Shown: positions 1 to 8,451 of the stretch, in pieces
How positions within the stretch are numbered: position 1 is the first letter of the stretch
How the letters are laid out: each line of letters starts with the position of its first letter
NCBI GenBank assembly: GCA_023248495.1
Contig: JAHFEK010000002.1
Coordinates: forward strand, 26,733 to 90,732
DNA: 64,000 nt
Origin: Nitrospinales bacterium
Lineage (GTDB): Bacteria; Nitrospinota_A; UBA7883; JACRGQ01
Reading direction: 5' to 3'
The notes under the pieces: model-generated
What the model saw: only the letters and a program-made list of their open reading frames with translations
Databases searched by the model: none
Told to the model about the DNA's origin: nothing
Position numbers and translations under genes: made by a program

Positions 1-324
1 CACGCCGGTGAGCCAGTACTTTTTCCGACCTCCCTGGTAATCCTTCCGAAAATAGCCGGTGAAAAAATGGACGAAGATGGCGACTCCCATAAAGAAGGCG
101 CCATAGCGGTGGATATTACGGGTCAACGCCCCCAAAAACGCCTCATTGTTGAAGTACTGGACTGTTTTGTAGGTTTCTTTTAGCGATGGCTCGTAGTAAA
201 AGATCATATAAAGGCCCGTGAACAACTGGCCCAAGAGCAAAATGAACGCCAATCCGCCGAAATAGTGGCGGACATGTATCTTACCGGGTTTTATCCTGTT
301 CCAAAAACCTGTTTTTTTATGCAT
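1..324 (-). CDS. cytochrome b N-terminal (b6-type) domain, partial (runs off window start)
   Basis: Not in the ORF track because it is open at the edge. Hand translation of the reverse strand from ATG 324-322 gives MHKKTGFWNRIKPGKIHVRHYFGGLAFILLLGQLFTGLYMIFYYEP...NIHRYGAFFMGVAIFVHFFTGYFRKDYQGGRKKYWLTGV (108 codons, no stop). Helix-B bis-His spacing is H-x13-H. It resembles the complete cyt b6-like ORF at 59467-60099. Confidence 0.7.
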   Translation of the reverse strand, partial: MHKKTGFWNRIKPGKIHVRHYFGGLAFILLLGQLFTGLYMIFYYEPSLKETYKTVQYFNNEAFLGALTRNIHRYGAFFMGVAIFVHFFTGYFRKDYQGGRKKYWLTGV

Positions 325-602
325 TCGCCACCCGCCTATACCAATAACAGATTGCAATACAGCACGTTACACCGTTAAGCCGCAAACCTTTTCGTCCAGA
401 CAGCCAAAATGACAGCCGCCATACGATTCAAGCACTCTACTATTGAACCAGAAAACGGCTATTGGTTTCGCAATAAAATAAATATTGGGCTGGTTTTCAT
501 TCCACCCAAACGCGAAACTAAAATGGAATAATAGCCGCTGTGACTTTTGGGGTCAATTTTATTCCGCTTTATTGTAAACAAGCCGGGTTTAACGGAGGGA
601 GA

Positions 603-1079
603 TTACGCGGAGATGTTTACGAGATCGCCTTTGGCGTAGGTGGATTGCTGTTTTTCGGTTTGCGGGCCGCTGCCGTAGCTGCCGCTTGCGGGGCGGGAGG
701 ATTGTGCCGCGTTGGCAGCCGCATCCTGTTTCGCGCTTGTGGCGCTGCCGGTTTTGGAGGCCTGATCCGATTGACGGGTGGAAGCGCTCCGGTTGTTGGC
801 ATCGCCATTGCCGTTGTTCTCTTCCCGGTTGCGGGGGGCGCTGGGGGGCCGAACCACGCCGGCGTTGACCGCTGCAGCGAGTTGTTTGTAGTTTATGCCG
901 CCGGCCTGTTCGCTTCTGCGCGTCCCCGAGGTTTCGCCGCCGCTATCGCTATCACCGTCGTTATCGGAACCGCCGCCCGTATTTTTCGTTTTGTTGTTGG
1001 AGGTATTCGGCTTGGCGGCTTTTTGGGCCATCCTCTGCTGCTGCATGATGATGCCGCTGCGTCCGCCGGTAATCTTCAC
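603..1079 (-). CDS. hypothetical low-complexity (G/S/N/A/Q-rich) protein
   Basis: GTG start at 1079-1077 with GGGAGG 5 nt upstream on the reverse strand. Same orientation as all neighbours. No recognisable domain. It competes with antisense ORF 540-1142. Confidence 0.35.
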   Translation of the reverse strand: MKITGGRSGIIMQQQRMAQKAAKPNTSNNKTKNTGGGSDNDGDSDSGGETSGTRRSEQAGGINYKQLAAAVNAGVVRPPSAPRNREENNGNGDANNRSASTRQSDQASKTGSATSAKQDAAANAAQSSRPASGSYGSGPQTEKQQSTYAKGDLVNISA

Positions 1080-1188
1080 TCGTTCCTCCCGTGGCCGATA
1101 TTGGCCAACGTGTCGTTATCGGAAGGAATAGGGAAAACTTAAGCCCGGATTCGGGTGACTACTCAATAAATCCCGTTCATGAAAAGCG

Positions 1189-2997
1189 TTATTGGCGGGT
1201 TGCCCGCAGGATGATCCAGTATACGGATGCGGCGAGAAGGGCCAGCCAGGCGGTCAGCGACACCACGTTGGCGAGGCGTTGCCGTGTTGACATCCTGAAG
1301 TCAAAATCCCTGTATGCGGCAAAGAGCGAGGCTTTTTCCTTTTCATCCGCTTTGAAATGATCGCCGGGGGAGCAGCCGTTCTCGCCGGGGAAAACAAAGC
1401 ACGCGGGATTTTTCAGGTTCAGCGTGCCATCGGCCACATCCGCGACCGGGCCGAGGTGCAACGTTTTATAGGGGAACGTCTCCAACACGTAGCCGAACAC
1501 CGGCTCGTAACAAAGAAACGAGGATTTGCCGTACGCAAGAAAATCGTTCCTGCCCATGGCGCGAACGGGAACGCCATTGGCAACGAACGCGGCAAGCCCA
1601 TGTATGTTTGGCGGAGAACCGCTTTTCAAGGCGGCGCGGTAAGCGTTGGTTATCGTTTGTGGATTGTAGGGCTGATCGTGATAATAGCCCCTATCGGTAT
1701 ACATTGTTATGCCCACCACCGCCGCGATGCAGGCAAGGGCCGCCGCCGTTTTCACCGCGCCGGGTTTGAACAGCTTTTCAAGGCTCATTGCGGCGAGCAG
1801 CGCGAAGAGCGGGATATACACGGCCAGCCACCGGAGGTTGCTGCTGCTATTTTTAATAACCGGCACCAGCTTCAGAAATGCATGCCATTCCGGAGAGAAA
1901 ACATTGAGCGCGAGGGGAACAATCATCACCAATAATAACGCCGCCGCGGCAAAGATCGCCCGTCCGCCAATATTCGCCAACCGCCGGATGTTTTTCAGGC
2001 CCGCCACGCCGCCGGCGGCGACAAGGATGGCTGGGATCCATGTGATACCGAAATCAAACTCATGCATTCCATACGTCCACTTGGGGGAAAAAAACCTTCC
2101 CGATCCGGGCAATGACGCGGAATCGCCGAAAAGCGCATCAAAAAGGAACCGCGGCATATCCGCGATATTTGGCACTCCCGGCAATTGATACAAATCGCGG
2201 GGGAAAAAGTGCATGAATGACACAACGGCGGCGATTTTGGCGGCGGCAAGCAGCAGGCAAAACGCCGCGGAAGCGGCGAACGCGGCGGCAAAACCGGAGA
2301 AGCTGAAATCCGCATCGTGAAGCATGGCCAACAGCGCGATGCCCAGGATCGCCAGAAACATGATGAGCAGCAGCACGAAACCGCCAGAATACAACGTATA
2401 GGCAAAACATGCCGCCGCGCCCGACACCATGGCCGCCGCCCGGAGGGAACGGAGGGAATCCATCCTCATCAACATAAAAGCGCACAGCGGCAACAACATG
2501 AATGGATGTTTTGTGATGTGTCCCATAATCATGCCCACGGCATAAAAACCGTTAAACAAAAAAACCGCCGCCCCGAATAATGCCGCCGGTTTGCCGCACC
2601 TAAACGCGGATCGCAACAGAAGATACGCGCCGGCGAAACCCGCCGCCCCGAAGAAAAGGATACTCAGCCGCGCGGCATCAAGCGGGGCGAGAAAAAGCAT
2701 TAACAATTGAGGCAGGGTGAAATACATATCCTGCGGGTTGGGAAACTTGGGCAATCCGCCACAGAACGCGGGGGAGAACCACGGGATATGGAAATACCCT
2801 TCTGTTAGTGAACTGTAATACCCATCGAGCAAATTGGGAAACACGTACTGCCAATCAAGCCCTAACAGGCCGTTTTTATTGGGAAAGAACGCCCAAATGT
2901 ATCTGGCATACAAAGCCAGAAGGATACAAGCCGCCACGGCCTCCCAAGGAACCATCAAGGAAAACGTCTTGGCCCGTTCCTTTAATGATGATGGCAT
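1189..2997 (-). CDS. large polytopic membrane protein with C-terminal soluble domain (function unknown; GT-C-like glycosyltransferase is only a guess)
   Basis: 602-aa ORF. About 12 or more hydrophobic helices are followed by a ~150-aa hydrophilic region and a final TM. No catalytic motif recognised. Confidence 0.6.
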   Translation of the reverse strand: MPSSLKERAKTFSLMVPWEAVAACILLALYARYIWAFFPNKNGLLGLDWQYVFPNLLDGYYSSLTEGYFHIPWFSPAFCGGLPKFPNPQDMYFTLPQLLMLFLAPLDAARLSILFFGAAGFAGAYLLLRSAFRCGKPAALFGAAVFLFNGFYAVGMIMGHITKHPFMLLPLCAFMLMRMDSLRSLRAAAMVSGAAACFAYTLYSGGFVLLLIMFLAILGIALLAMLHDADFSFSGFAAAFAASAAFCLLLAAAKIAAVVSFMHFFPRDLYQLPGVPNIADMPRFLFDALFGDSASLPGSGRFFSPKWTYGMHEFDFGITWIPAILVAAGGVAGLKNIRRLANIGGRAIFAAAALLLVMIVPLALNVFSPEWHAFLKLVPVIKNSSSNLRWLAVYIPLFALLAAMSLEKLFKPGAVKTAAALACIAAVVGITMYTDRGYYHDQPYNPQTITNAYRAALKSGSPPNIHGLAAFVANGVPVRAMGRNDFLAYGKSSFLCYEPVFGYVLETFPYKTLHLGPVADVADGTLNLKNPACFVFPGENGCSPGDHFKADEKEKASLFAAYRDFDFRMSTRQRLANVVSLTAWLALLAASVYWIILRATRQ

Positions 2998-3037
2998 TTC
3001 GCCAGTGCCCCTTAAAAAACGCCGCGTTTCATCCCCC

Positions 3038-3114
3038 TGTCATCCTGAGCAAAGCGAAGTATCTTTTTCCCTTCTCCTTCCAGAAAGGGATTCTTCGCCG
3101 TGCTCAGAATGTCA
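3038..3114. repeat. long imperfect inverted repeat / hairpin in the ppiD-like to membrane-protein spacer
   Basis: CTGAGCA (3045-3051) pairs with TGCTCAG (3101-3107). GCGAAG (3054-3059) pairs with CTTCGC (3093-3098). There are flanking extra pairs. Confidence 0.6.
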
Positions 3115-3152
3115 GCACAATGGCACGGGGTTTTTCAACGCCCGCAGGGGTA

Positions 3153-4595
3153 CTAAAGCGCCTTTTCCTCGATTTTAATAATGCCCTTTTTTGAGGCTTC
3201 ATCGCGCAGGGCGTTCTGCCAGGACATAACCGCCTCCTGCCGCTTGCGGGATCGCAGGTCTTCGCTTATCTTTACCCGCTTATCGCCGTACTCGGCCATT
3301 GCCGGTTGTTTACGTTCCATCACTTGCACCACCACAAAGCCGGTATCCGTCGGTACCCGGCCCGCCGCCTTTTCCTTTAGGCCGAAGGCGATGTTGACCG
3401 CCCCGCCAGCAAGACCTTCCACCTTGTCCCCGCGCTTGAACGGCTTCGCCTCGACGACCTTTGCGCCGCCCGCCACGGCGGTGATGGCCTCGCCATTATT
3501 AAGCCGTTCCACCGCTTTCGATGCGGCTTCGGCGGCGCGCCGCAAACTTTCTTCCTTCACATACGCGGCCTCAACCTCTTTGCGCACCTCGTCCAATTTG
3601 GGCGCGCGGGAGGGAATGATTTTCGTAACCTTGAGAATGCAGGCGGAGTTCGCCAGTTGCACCGGCCCGGTCAATTCCCCCTCTTTGGCCCCAAAAATCC
3701 GGCTTAACAGCTTCCCGGCATCCGGATTGTTGTTGGTCATTTCTCCGGCCACCGGGCTCCACTCTTCGTAGCGCAACCCGTTAGCCGCCGCCTGCGCCTT
3801 GAGATCCTTGCCGCTGGCGTCGTTCATTATTGCGAAAAGTTTCTTCTTCGCGGCGTCGCCATCTTTGCCTTGCGCGGCATCCGCGTGGATCAGTTGCACG
3901 GTGCGCTGTTCGGGCCGTATAAACCGTGAGGCGTTAGCGGTAAAATACGCATCCAAAGCTTTGTCGGCGCCCCGGAGCGAATCGGCGGTGAACACCAAGG
4001 GAATCACTTCGAAATACCGCGCCTTGACCTCCTCGTTTTCCCGCATGAAGGCGTCCAACACTTCCTGATCGGTCAGCTGCACCGAGTCGGTGACGACCTG
4101 CGCCACCTTGCGGATCATAAGATCCTGCTTCAGCATTTTTTCATATTCGCGCGGAGCCAGGTTATTACCGCGCAATGCGGCAAAATAAACATCGCGGTCG
4201 AAATGCCCGTCGCGCTGGAACGCGGGGGTGATTTCGATATCGCGCCGTATTTCTTCATCGCTCACTACCATGCCCGCGTCCTTGGCCGCCTTAAGCTGAA
4301 GTTTTTCCATGACCAGAGCGTCCAAAGCAGACCGCTCCAAATTCATTTGCTTTATCATGTCCCGCGTCAGCGAGGCGCCGGCCATTTCCTGAAGGCGGCG
4401 GAGCATATTCTCGTAATAGCGGCGGTATTCGACGTGGGAAATGCTGTAGTTCCCCACCTTGGCCACGGGGCGCTCGCCTTTTTCCTTGCCATATCCCCAC
4501 ACCAGCCCCATGGTGCCCACGAACGCCAGTACCAAGGTCCAAAGCACCAATTTCACCAGCCATTTAGTCCCATGTCCACGCAAAAACGTTAGCAT
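3153..4595 (-). CDS. PpiD/SurA-family periplasmic chaperone (peptidyl-prolyl isomerase-like)
   Basis: N-terminus MLTFLRGHGTKWLVKLVLWTLVLAFVG (PpiD-type anchor) is followed by a long helical chaperone region. It lies next to cpoB/pal. Confidence 0.6.
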   Translation of the reverse strand: MLTFLRGHGTKWLVKLVLWTLVLAFVGTMGLVWGYGKEKGERPVAKVGNYSISHVEYRRYYENMLRRLQEMAGASLTRDMIKQMNLERSALDALVMEKLQLKAAKDAGMVVSDEEIRRDIEITPAFQRDGHFDRDVYFAALRGNNLAPREYEKMLKQDLMIRKVAQVVTDSVQLTDQEVLDAFMRENEEVKARYFEVIPLVFTADSLRGADKALDAYFTANASRFIRPEQRTVQLIHADAAQGKDGDAAKKKLFAIMNDASGKDLKAQAAANGLRYEEWSPVAGEMTNNNPDAGKLLSRIFGAKEGELTGPVQLANSACILKVTKIIPSRAPKLDEVRKEVEAAYVKEESLRRAAEAASKAVERLNNGEAITAVAGGAKVVEAKPFKRGDKVEGLAGGAVNIAFGLKEKAAGRVPTDTGFVVVQVMERKQPAMAEYGDKRVKISEDLRSRKRQEAVMSWQNALRDEASKKGIIKIEEKAL

Positions 4596-4611
4596 CCTCT
4601 TCCCTTACTCC

Positions 4612-5673
4612 CTAGTTGCCGGATTCATCCAGCGTTTTCAATTTGTCTTCCACCATCGCCGCCTCATACGAGGTCGGGTAATTATCCACTATTTTCCGAA
4701 ATAATTCCCGCGCTTTATCACGATCTCCCTCTTTTTCCGCGATCTCGGCGGCGCGCCACAAGGCGGTGGCCGCCTTGGCGCCGCGCGGAAAGTTTTTCAC
4801 CGTGTCGCCAAACGCCGCCAAGGCCTCTTTAAGTTTCCCCTGATTCGCCAAGGCTTCCGCCGTCCAATACTGCGCGTTGGCGGACAGGTCGGTATTGGGA
4901 AAACGCCGTACATACTCGGCGAACTCCGCCTCGGCCGCGGCGAAATCCCCCTTCAGATAATCCATATAACCGCCGCCATACAATTCGTCGGCGCTCCTGC
5001 CCGAAGGCGCCGCCGGCGCGGCTGCGGGCGTTTCCTTCTTGGCCTCCGCCTTCACGGGCGCGGCTTTCTTCGCGGGGGGAGCGGCCGGCGCCGCCGTCTT
5101 TTTCTTCTGTTTCACGACCGCCGCGTGTATCTCCGCCACATCGGTTCTGGTCCGCTCCAACAGCGCCGTCATATCGCGGCGCAACGCTTCTGATTTCAGT
5201 TGCTGGTTCATGCCGGTATCGACGAATGTAAGATACAGTTCGCGCAACCGCTCATCCTGCTTCGCCAACCGCCCGTCCAGTTTTTTGAGCATGTGCTGCG
5301 TTTCCTCGGTGCCGCCGCCCAAACCGTTAATCTTCCGGTCGATGGCATCGAGATCCGCCTTGATGTCGGCCTGATTACGCACGAATACCTGGAACCGCTC
5401 TTCCGTCGATTTCTGCCAACGCTCGAACGTTTCCTGTTTGTGCAGCACGTCGCCAAGGGACGAGGACAACTCGCTTTTCGATTCGGTGGCTTTGCTGGCC
5501 AAGACATCCACCTTGGATTCAACCTTTTTGAGGGTGGAGGACATCTCGGTTTTCGATTCTGTGGCCTTGGTGGCCATCACGTCCACCTTGGTTTCGACCT
5601 GCTTTATATCGCTTTGCGTGGCGCACGCGGAGAAAACCGCCACGGCCAATGGAATGACGAACGAACGCTTCAT
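4612..5673 (-). CDS. cpoB: Tol-Pal system protein CpoB/YbgF (coiled coil + C-terminal TPR)
   Basis: The C-terminus ...YLKGDFAAAEAEFAEYVRRFPNTDLSANAQYWTAEALANQGKLKEALAAFGDTVKNFP... is typical of YbgF TPR. The N-terminus is coiled coil. It sits directly downstream of pal. Confidence 0.8.
   Translation of the reverse strand: MKRSFVIPLAVAVFSACATQSDIKQVETKVDVMATKATESKTEMSSTLKKVESKVDVLASKATESKSELSSSLGDVLHKQETFERWQKSTEERFQVFVRNQADIKADLDAIDRKINGLGGGTEETQHMLKKLDGRLAKQDERLRELYLTFVDTGMNQQLKSEALRRDMTALLERTRTDVAEIHAAVVKQKKKTAAPAAPPAKKAAPVKAEAKKETPAAAPAAPSGRSADELYGGGYMDYLKGDFAAAEAEFAEYVRRFPNTDLSANAQYWTAEALANQGKLKEALAAFGDTVKNFPRGAKAATALWRAAEIAEKEGDRDKARELFRKIVDNYPTSYEAAMVEDKLKTLDESGN
5449..5598. repeat. 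2 x 75-bp in-frame tandem repeat inside cpoB
   Basis: Protein residues 26-50 VETKVDVMATKATESKTEMSSTLKK and 51-75 VESKVDVLASKATESKSELSSSLGD. Confidence 0.8.
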
Positions 5674-5691
5674 GACACCCGTTTAACAAAT

Positions 5692-5724
5692 GGGAGCCGT
5701 GCGACGGCTCCCCATATCGCGATC
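5692..5724. repeat. 33-nt hairpin-forming intergenic element, copy A (REP-like)
   Basis: GGGAGCCGTgcgaCGGCTCCCCaTATCGCGATC lies between pal and cpoB. 27/33 nt are identical to copy B at 52978-53010. Confidence 0.7.
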
Positions 5725-5745
5725 ACCGCGGATAACTATGGCCGC

Positions 5746-6378
5746 TCACTCCTGCGAGAATTGCACGCGCCGGTTCTGCGACCACGCCTTCTCATCATGG
5801 CCGTTCACCGCGGGCCGCTCTTCACCATAGCTAATGGTATAAAGCTGCCCCTCTTTCACTCCCAGGGAAACAAGAAACGTCTTGACGGCCATTGCCCGGC
5901 GCTCACCTAGCGCCAGATTGTACTCCTCCGTGCCCCGCTCGTCGCAATGCCCTTCCACCACGACTTTGGCGTCGGCATGATCTTTCAGGCTGGCCGCATT
6001 GCGCTCCAGCGGCGCGCGATAGGCTTGGCCGATTTCATATTTGTCGAAGTCGAAGTAGACCTTCTCCAATTTTTCAGGGGCCAGCGCGGCGGCGACGGCG
6101 GCCTTAGACGCTTCTTCCAGTTTCACTTTATCCAGTTCGGCCCGTTTTTGGCGCGCGGCTTCTTCATCCTGTTGGCGTTTCATATCTTGGGCGGCCGGTT
6201 GCACTTCCACCGTTCCCTGCGCCATCGGTTGCGTGGCTGCCGGGGCGGCCTTGGATTCCGGCGCCTTTTTTGATTCGGGACCCGAAGCTGACTTTTCGTC
6301 GGAGGCACATGCGCCCATCCCAATCGCTAACGCCGCGGCCAAAAACGTGGTGAAAATTACATTCGATCTTTTTTTCAT
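5746..6378 (-). CDS. pal: peptidoglycan-associated lipoprotein Pal (OmpA-like domain)
   Basis: Lipobox AIGMGAC. OmpA-C motif ...VYFDFDKYEI...VVVEGHCDERGTEEYNLALGERRA... Confidence 0.9.
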   Translation of the reverse strand: MKKRSNVIFTTFLAAALAIGMGACASDEKSASGPESKKAPESKAAPAATQPMAQGTVEVQPAAQDMKRQQDEEAARQKRAELDKVKLEEASKAAVAAALAPEKLEKVYFDFDKYEIGQAYRAPLERNAASLKDHADAKVVVEGHCDERGTEEYNLALGERRAMAVKTFLVSLGVKEGQLYTISYGEERPAVNGHDEKAWSQNRRVQFSQE

Positions 6379-6515
6379 AAACCAAAACCCCCTTTATATG
6401 TGGGTAAACACTTCTTTTCCTTGAGAATACTGTTCATAAGAATATCAAATTCCGGTAATCCCTTCAACCTATAAATCGGAATTGTTTTGTCTCGCCGGTA
6501 TGGTAGCATTAGACA

Positions 6516-7490
6516 ATGGCAATCAAAGAAGCGGCGGAATTCCTCAGGAATAACGACAATTTCCTGCTTACCTCGCACGTCAACCCGGACGGCGACGGCA
6601 TCGGCAGCATTTTGGGGATGGCCGGGCTGCTCCGCCAGCTCGGCAAAAGCTTCCACGTGATCTGCGCCGATCCGCCGCAGGATAAACTTGGCTTCCTGCA
6701 CGCCTACAACATTATCGAGACCTTCAATGAAGCGATGAAGGGTAAACACTCCTTCGGCGCCGCTATCATTATCGATGTGCCGCACATGGATCGCATCGGC
6801 GCGACGGTATCGCTGCTGAAAAAAGACGCTAAATTACTGGTGATCGACCATCATATAAGCTGCGAGAATTTTGGAACGGTAAACCTTGTGCTCCCCGAAG
6901 CGGCCGCCAGCGCCGAGATCGTCGCAATGCTCTACGATGCCTTGGGCAAAACATTTGACGCCAATAGCGCCGAAGCGCTGTACGTCGGCTTATGCATTGA
7001 TACCGGACGCTTCCGCTTCAGCAACGTCACCCCAGCCGTCTTCAAGCTGGCGGCCCGCCTGGTCGAGGCCGGAGCCGCGCCGGACATTCTGTCCGACCTC
7101 CTTTACTACAACGATCCCATCGAAACAAAAATCGGGCTTGCCAAAGTCATTGAATCCATCGAACTGCACGACGGGGGCAAAACAGCCACCGCCTGGCTTG
7201 ATTACAACTTCATGAACTCCGAAATCGGAAAAAAAATGGACGATGAAGGATTCGTCAACCAGCCGCTCGCCATCAAGGGGGTGGAAAACGCCTTCCTGAT
7301 ACGCGAAAAGGAAAAAGGGAAACTCCGGATCAGCCTGCGAAGCCGCACCGACGACGTGGACATGAACAAGTTGGCGGAAAAATTCGGCGGCGGCGGTCAT
7401 GCCCGCGCCAGTGGTTGCCGCATGGACGGAGTCTCCATCGACGAAGCCAAAAAACTGCTGCTTGCCGCGTTGAACGACGCAAAGAAATAG
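6516..7490 (+). CDS. nrnA: DHH-family phosphoesterase NrnA (oligoribonuclease / pAp phosphatase)
   Basis: Motifs HVNPDGDGIGS, VIDHH and GGGHARASG (DHH + DHHA1). Confidence 0.85.
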   Translation: MAIKEAAEFLRNNDNFLLTSHVNPDGDGIGSILGMAGLLRQLGKSFHVICADPPQDKLGFLHAYNIIETFNEAMKGKHSFGAAIIIDVPHMDRIGATVSLLKKDAKLLVIDHHISCENFGTVNLVLPEAAASAEIVAMLYDALGKTFDANSAEALYVGLCIDTGRFRFSNVTPAVFKLAARLVEAGAAPDILSDLLYYNDPIETKIGLAKVIESIELHDGGKTATAWLDYNFMNSEIGKKMDDEGFVNQPLAIKGVENAFLIREKEKGKLRISLRSRTDDVDMNKLAEKFGGGGHARASGCRMDGVSIDEAKKLLLAALNDAKK

Positions 7491-7571
7491 CCGCTCCGTC
7501 CTTCTTGCCCGACCCAGCTTGAAGCCCCGCCGAATTGGGAATACAATAATCACATATAGGAGTAACAAATC

Positions 7572-7982
7572 ATGAAAATCATGAAGTTTTTATTGGGCAT
7601 CATGCTGCTTGTAACGGTAAATGCTTACGGCGAAGAAAGGCCGGTAAAACGCGTCGAAGTTCCAATCGGCGAGGATGGCGTTCAGAGGGTGGAAATCATT
7701 GGCGGCGGCTACTATTTCGATCCGAACCATATCGTGGTGAAAAACAATGTCCCCGTCGAACTGGTTCTCACCAAGGAAGCCGGATTCACCCCGCACAACA
7801 TCATCATCAAAGCGCCGGATGCGGGGATAAATGTAAACATCGACATGGATACGAAACCGGCCAGCGTTAAATTCACGCCAACCAAGCCGGGAAAATACGC
7901 CATTGAGTGCGATAAGCGGTTTCTCTTTTTTGCGAGCCACAAGGAGAAGGGCATGGTCGGCGTTCTTGAAGTAATCGAGTAG
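7572..7982 (+). CDS. secreted small cupredoxin-like protein
   Basis: Signal peptide MKIMKFLLGIMLLVTVNAYG. Candidate type-1 Cu ligands are H (FTPHN) ... C-x9-H-x4-M (ECDKRFLFFASHKEKGM). Confidence 0.6.
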   Translation: MKIMKFLLGIMLLVTVNAYGEERPVKRVEVPIGEDGVQRVEIIGGGYYFDPNHIVVKNNVPVELVLTKEAGFTPHNIIIKAPDAGINVNIDMDTKPASVKFTPTKPGKYAIECDKRFLFFASHKEKGMVGVLEVIE

Positions 7983-8002
7983 CGCCGGACACCGCGGCCG
8001 CG

Positions 8003-8431
8003 ATGGGCAGCCACCAGACCATTCTCTTGCTGAAATATGCGCATGGCGGCTACAGCCTTCTGCTGTTGTGCGCCTTCTGCTATCAGGGATGGAACGGACT
8101 AAGGGTGAAAAAAGCCCGGCTGAAAATGACCGCTCCCCGGCCAGCCGCCGCCAAGGCGCATCGAGAGTGGGGACGAGCCTTGGCGGTTTTATGCCCTGTC
8201 GGATTTCTGGGGGGGCTTTCAACCGCTTTGCTGGATAAGGGGGCGCTGGAATATCCACTCCATCTTTTGACCGGACTGACGCTCATGGCGTTTCTCGCCG
8301 CCGCTTACGGCGCTTCCCGCAAGATCAAAGGCGAGACGCCGCTCCAAAGGAAGGCTCATGCCGTGTTGGGAATGATCGTGCTCTGCCTATATGCCATTCA
8401 GGCGTTTATCGGGATCGGCGTGCTGATGTAG
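8003..8431 (+). CDS. small integral membrane protein (about 4 TM)
   Basis: 142-aa hydrophobic ORF 20 nt downstream of the cupredoxin gene. No motif recognised. Confidence 0.5.
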   Translation: MGSHQTILLLKYAHGGYSLLLLCAFCYQGWNGLRVKKARLKMTAPRPAAAKAHREWGRALAVLCPVGFLGGLSTALLDKGALEYPLHLLTGLTLMAFLAAAYGASRKIKGETPLQRKAHAVLGMIVLCLYAIQAFIGIGVLM

Positions 8432-8451
8432 CCTGCGGGGAACAGCGCGCG

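Noticed and set aside
5746-6378. pal-cpoB without adjacent tolQRAB.
   Set aside because: Upstream of pal there is a divergent nrnA rather than tolB. Split Tol-Pal loci occur in various bacteria, so this is not informative by itself.
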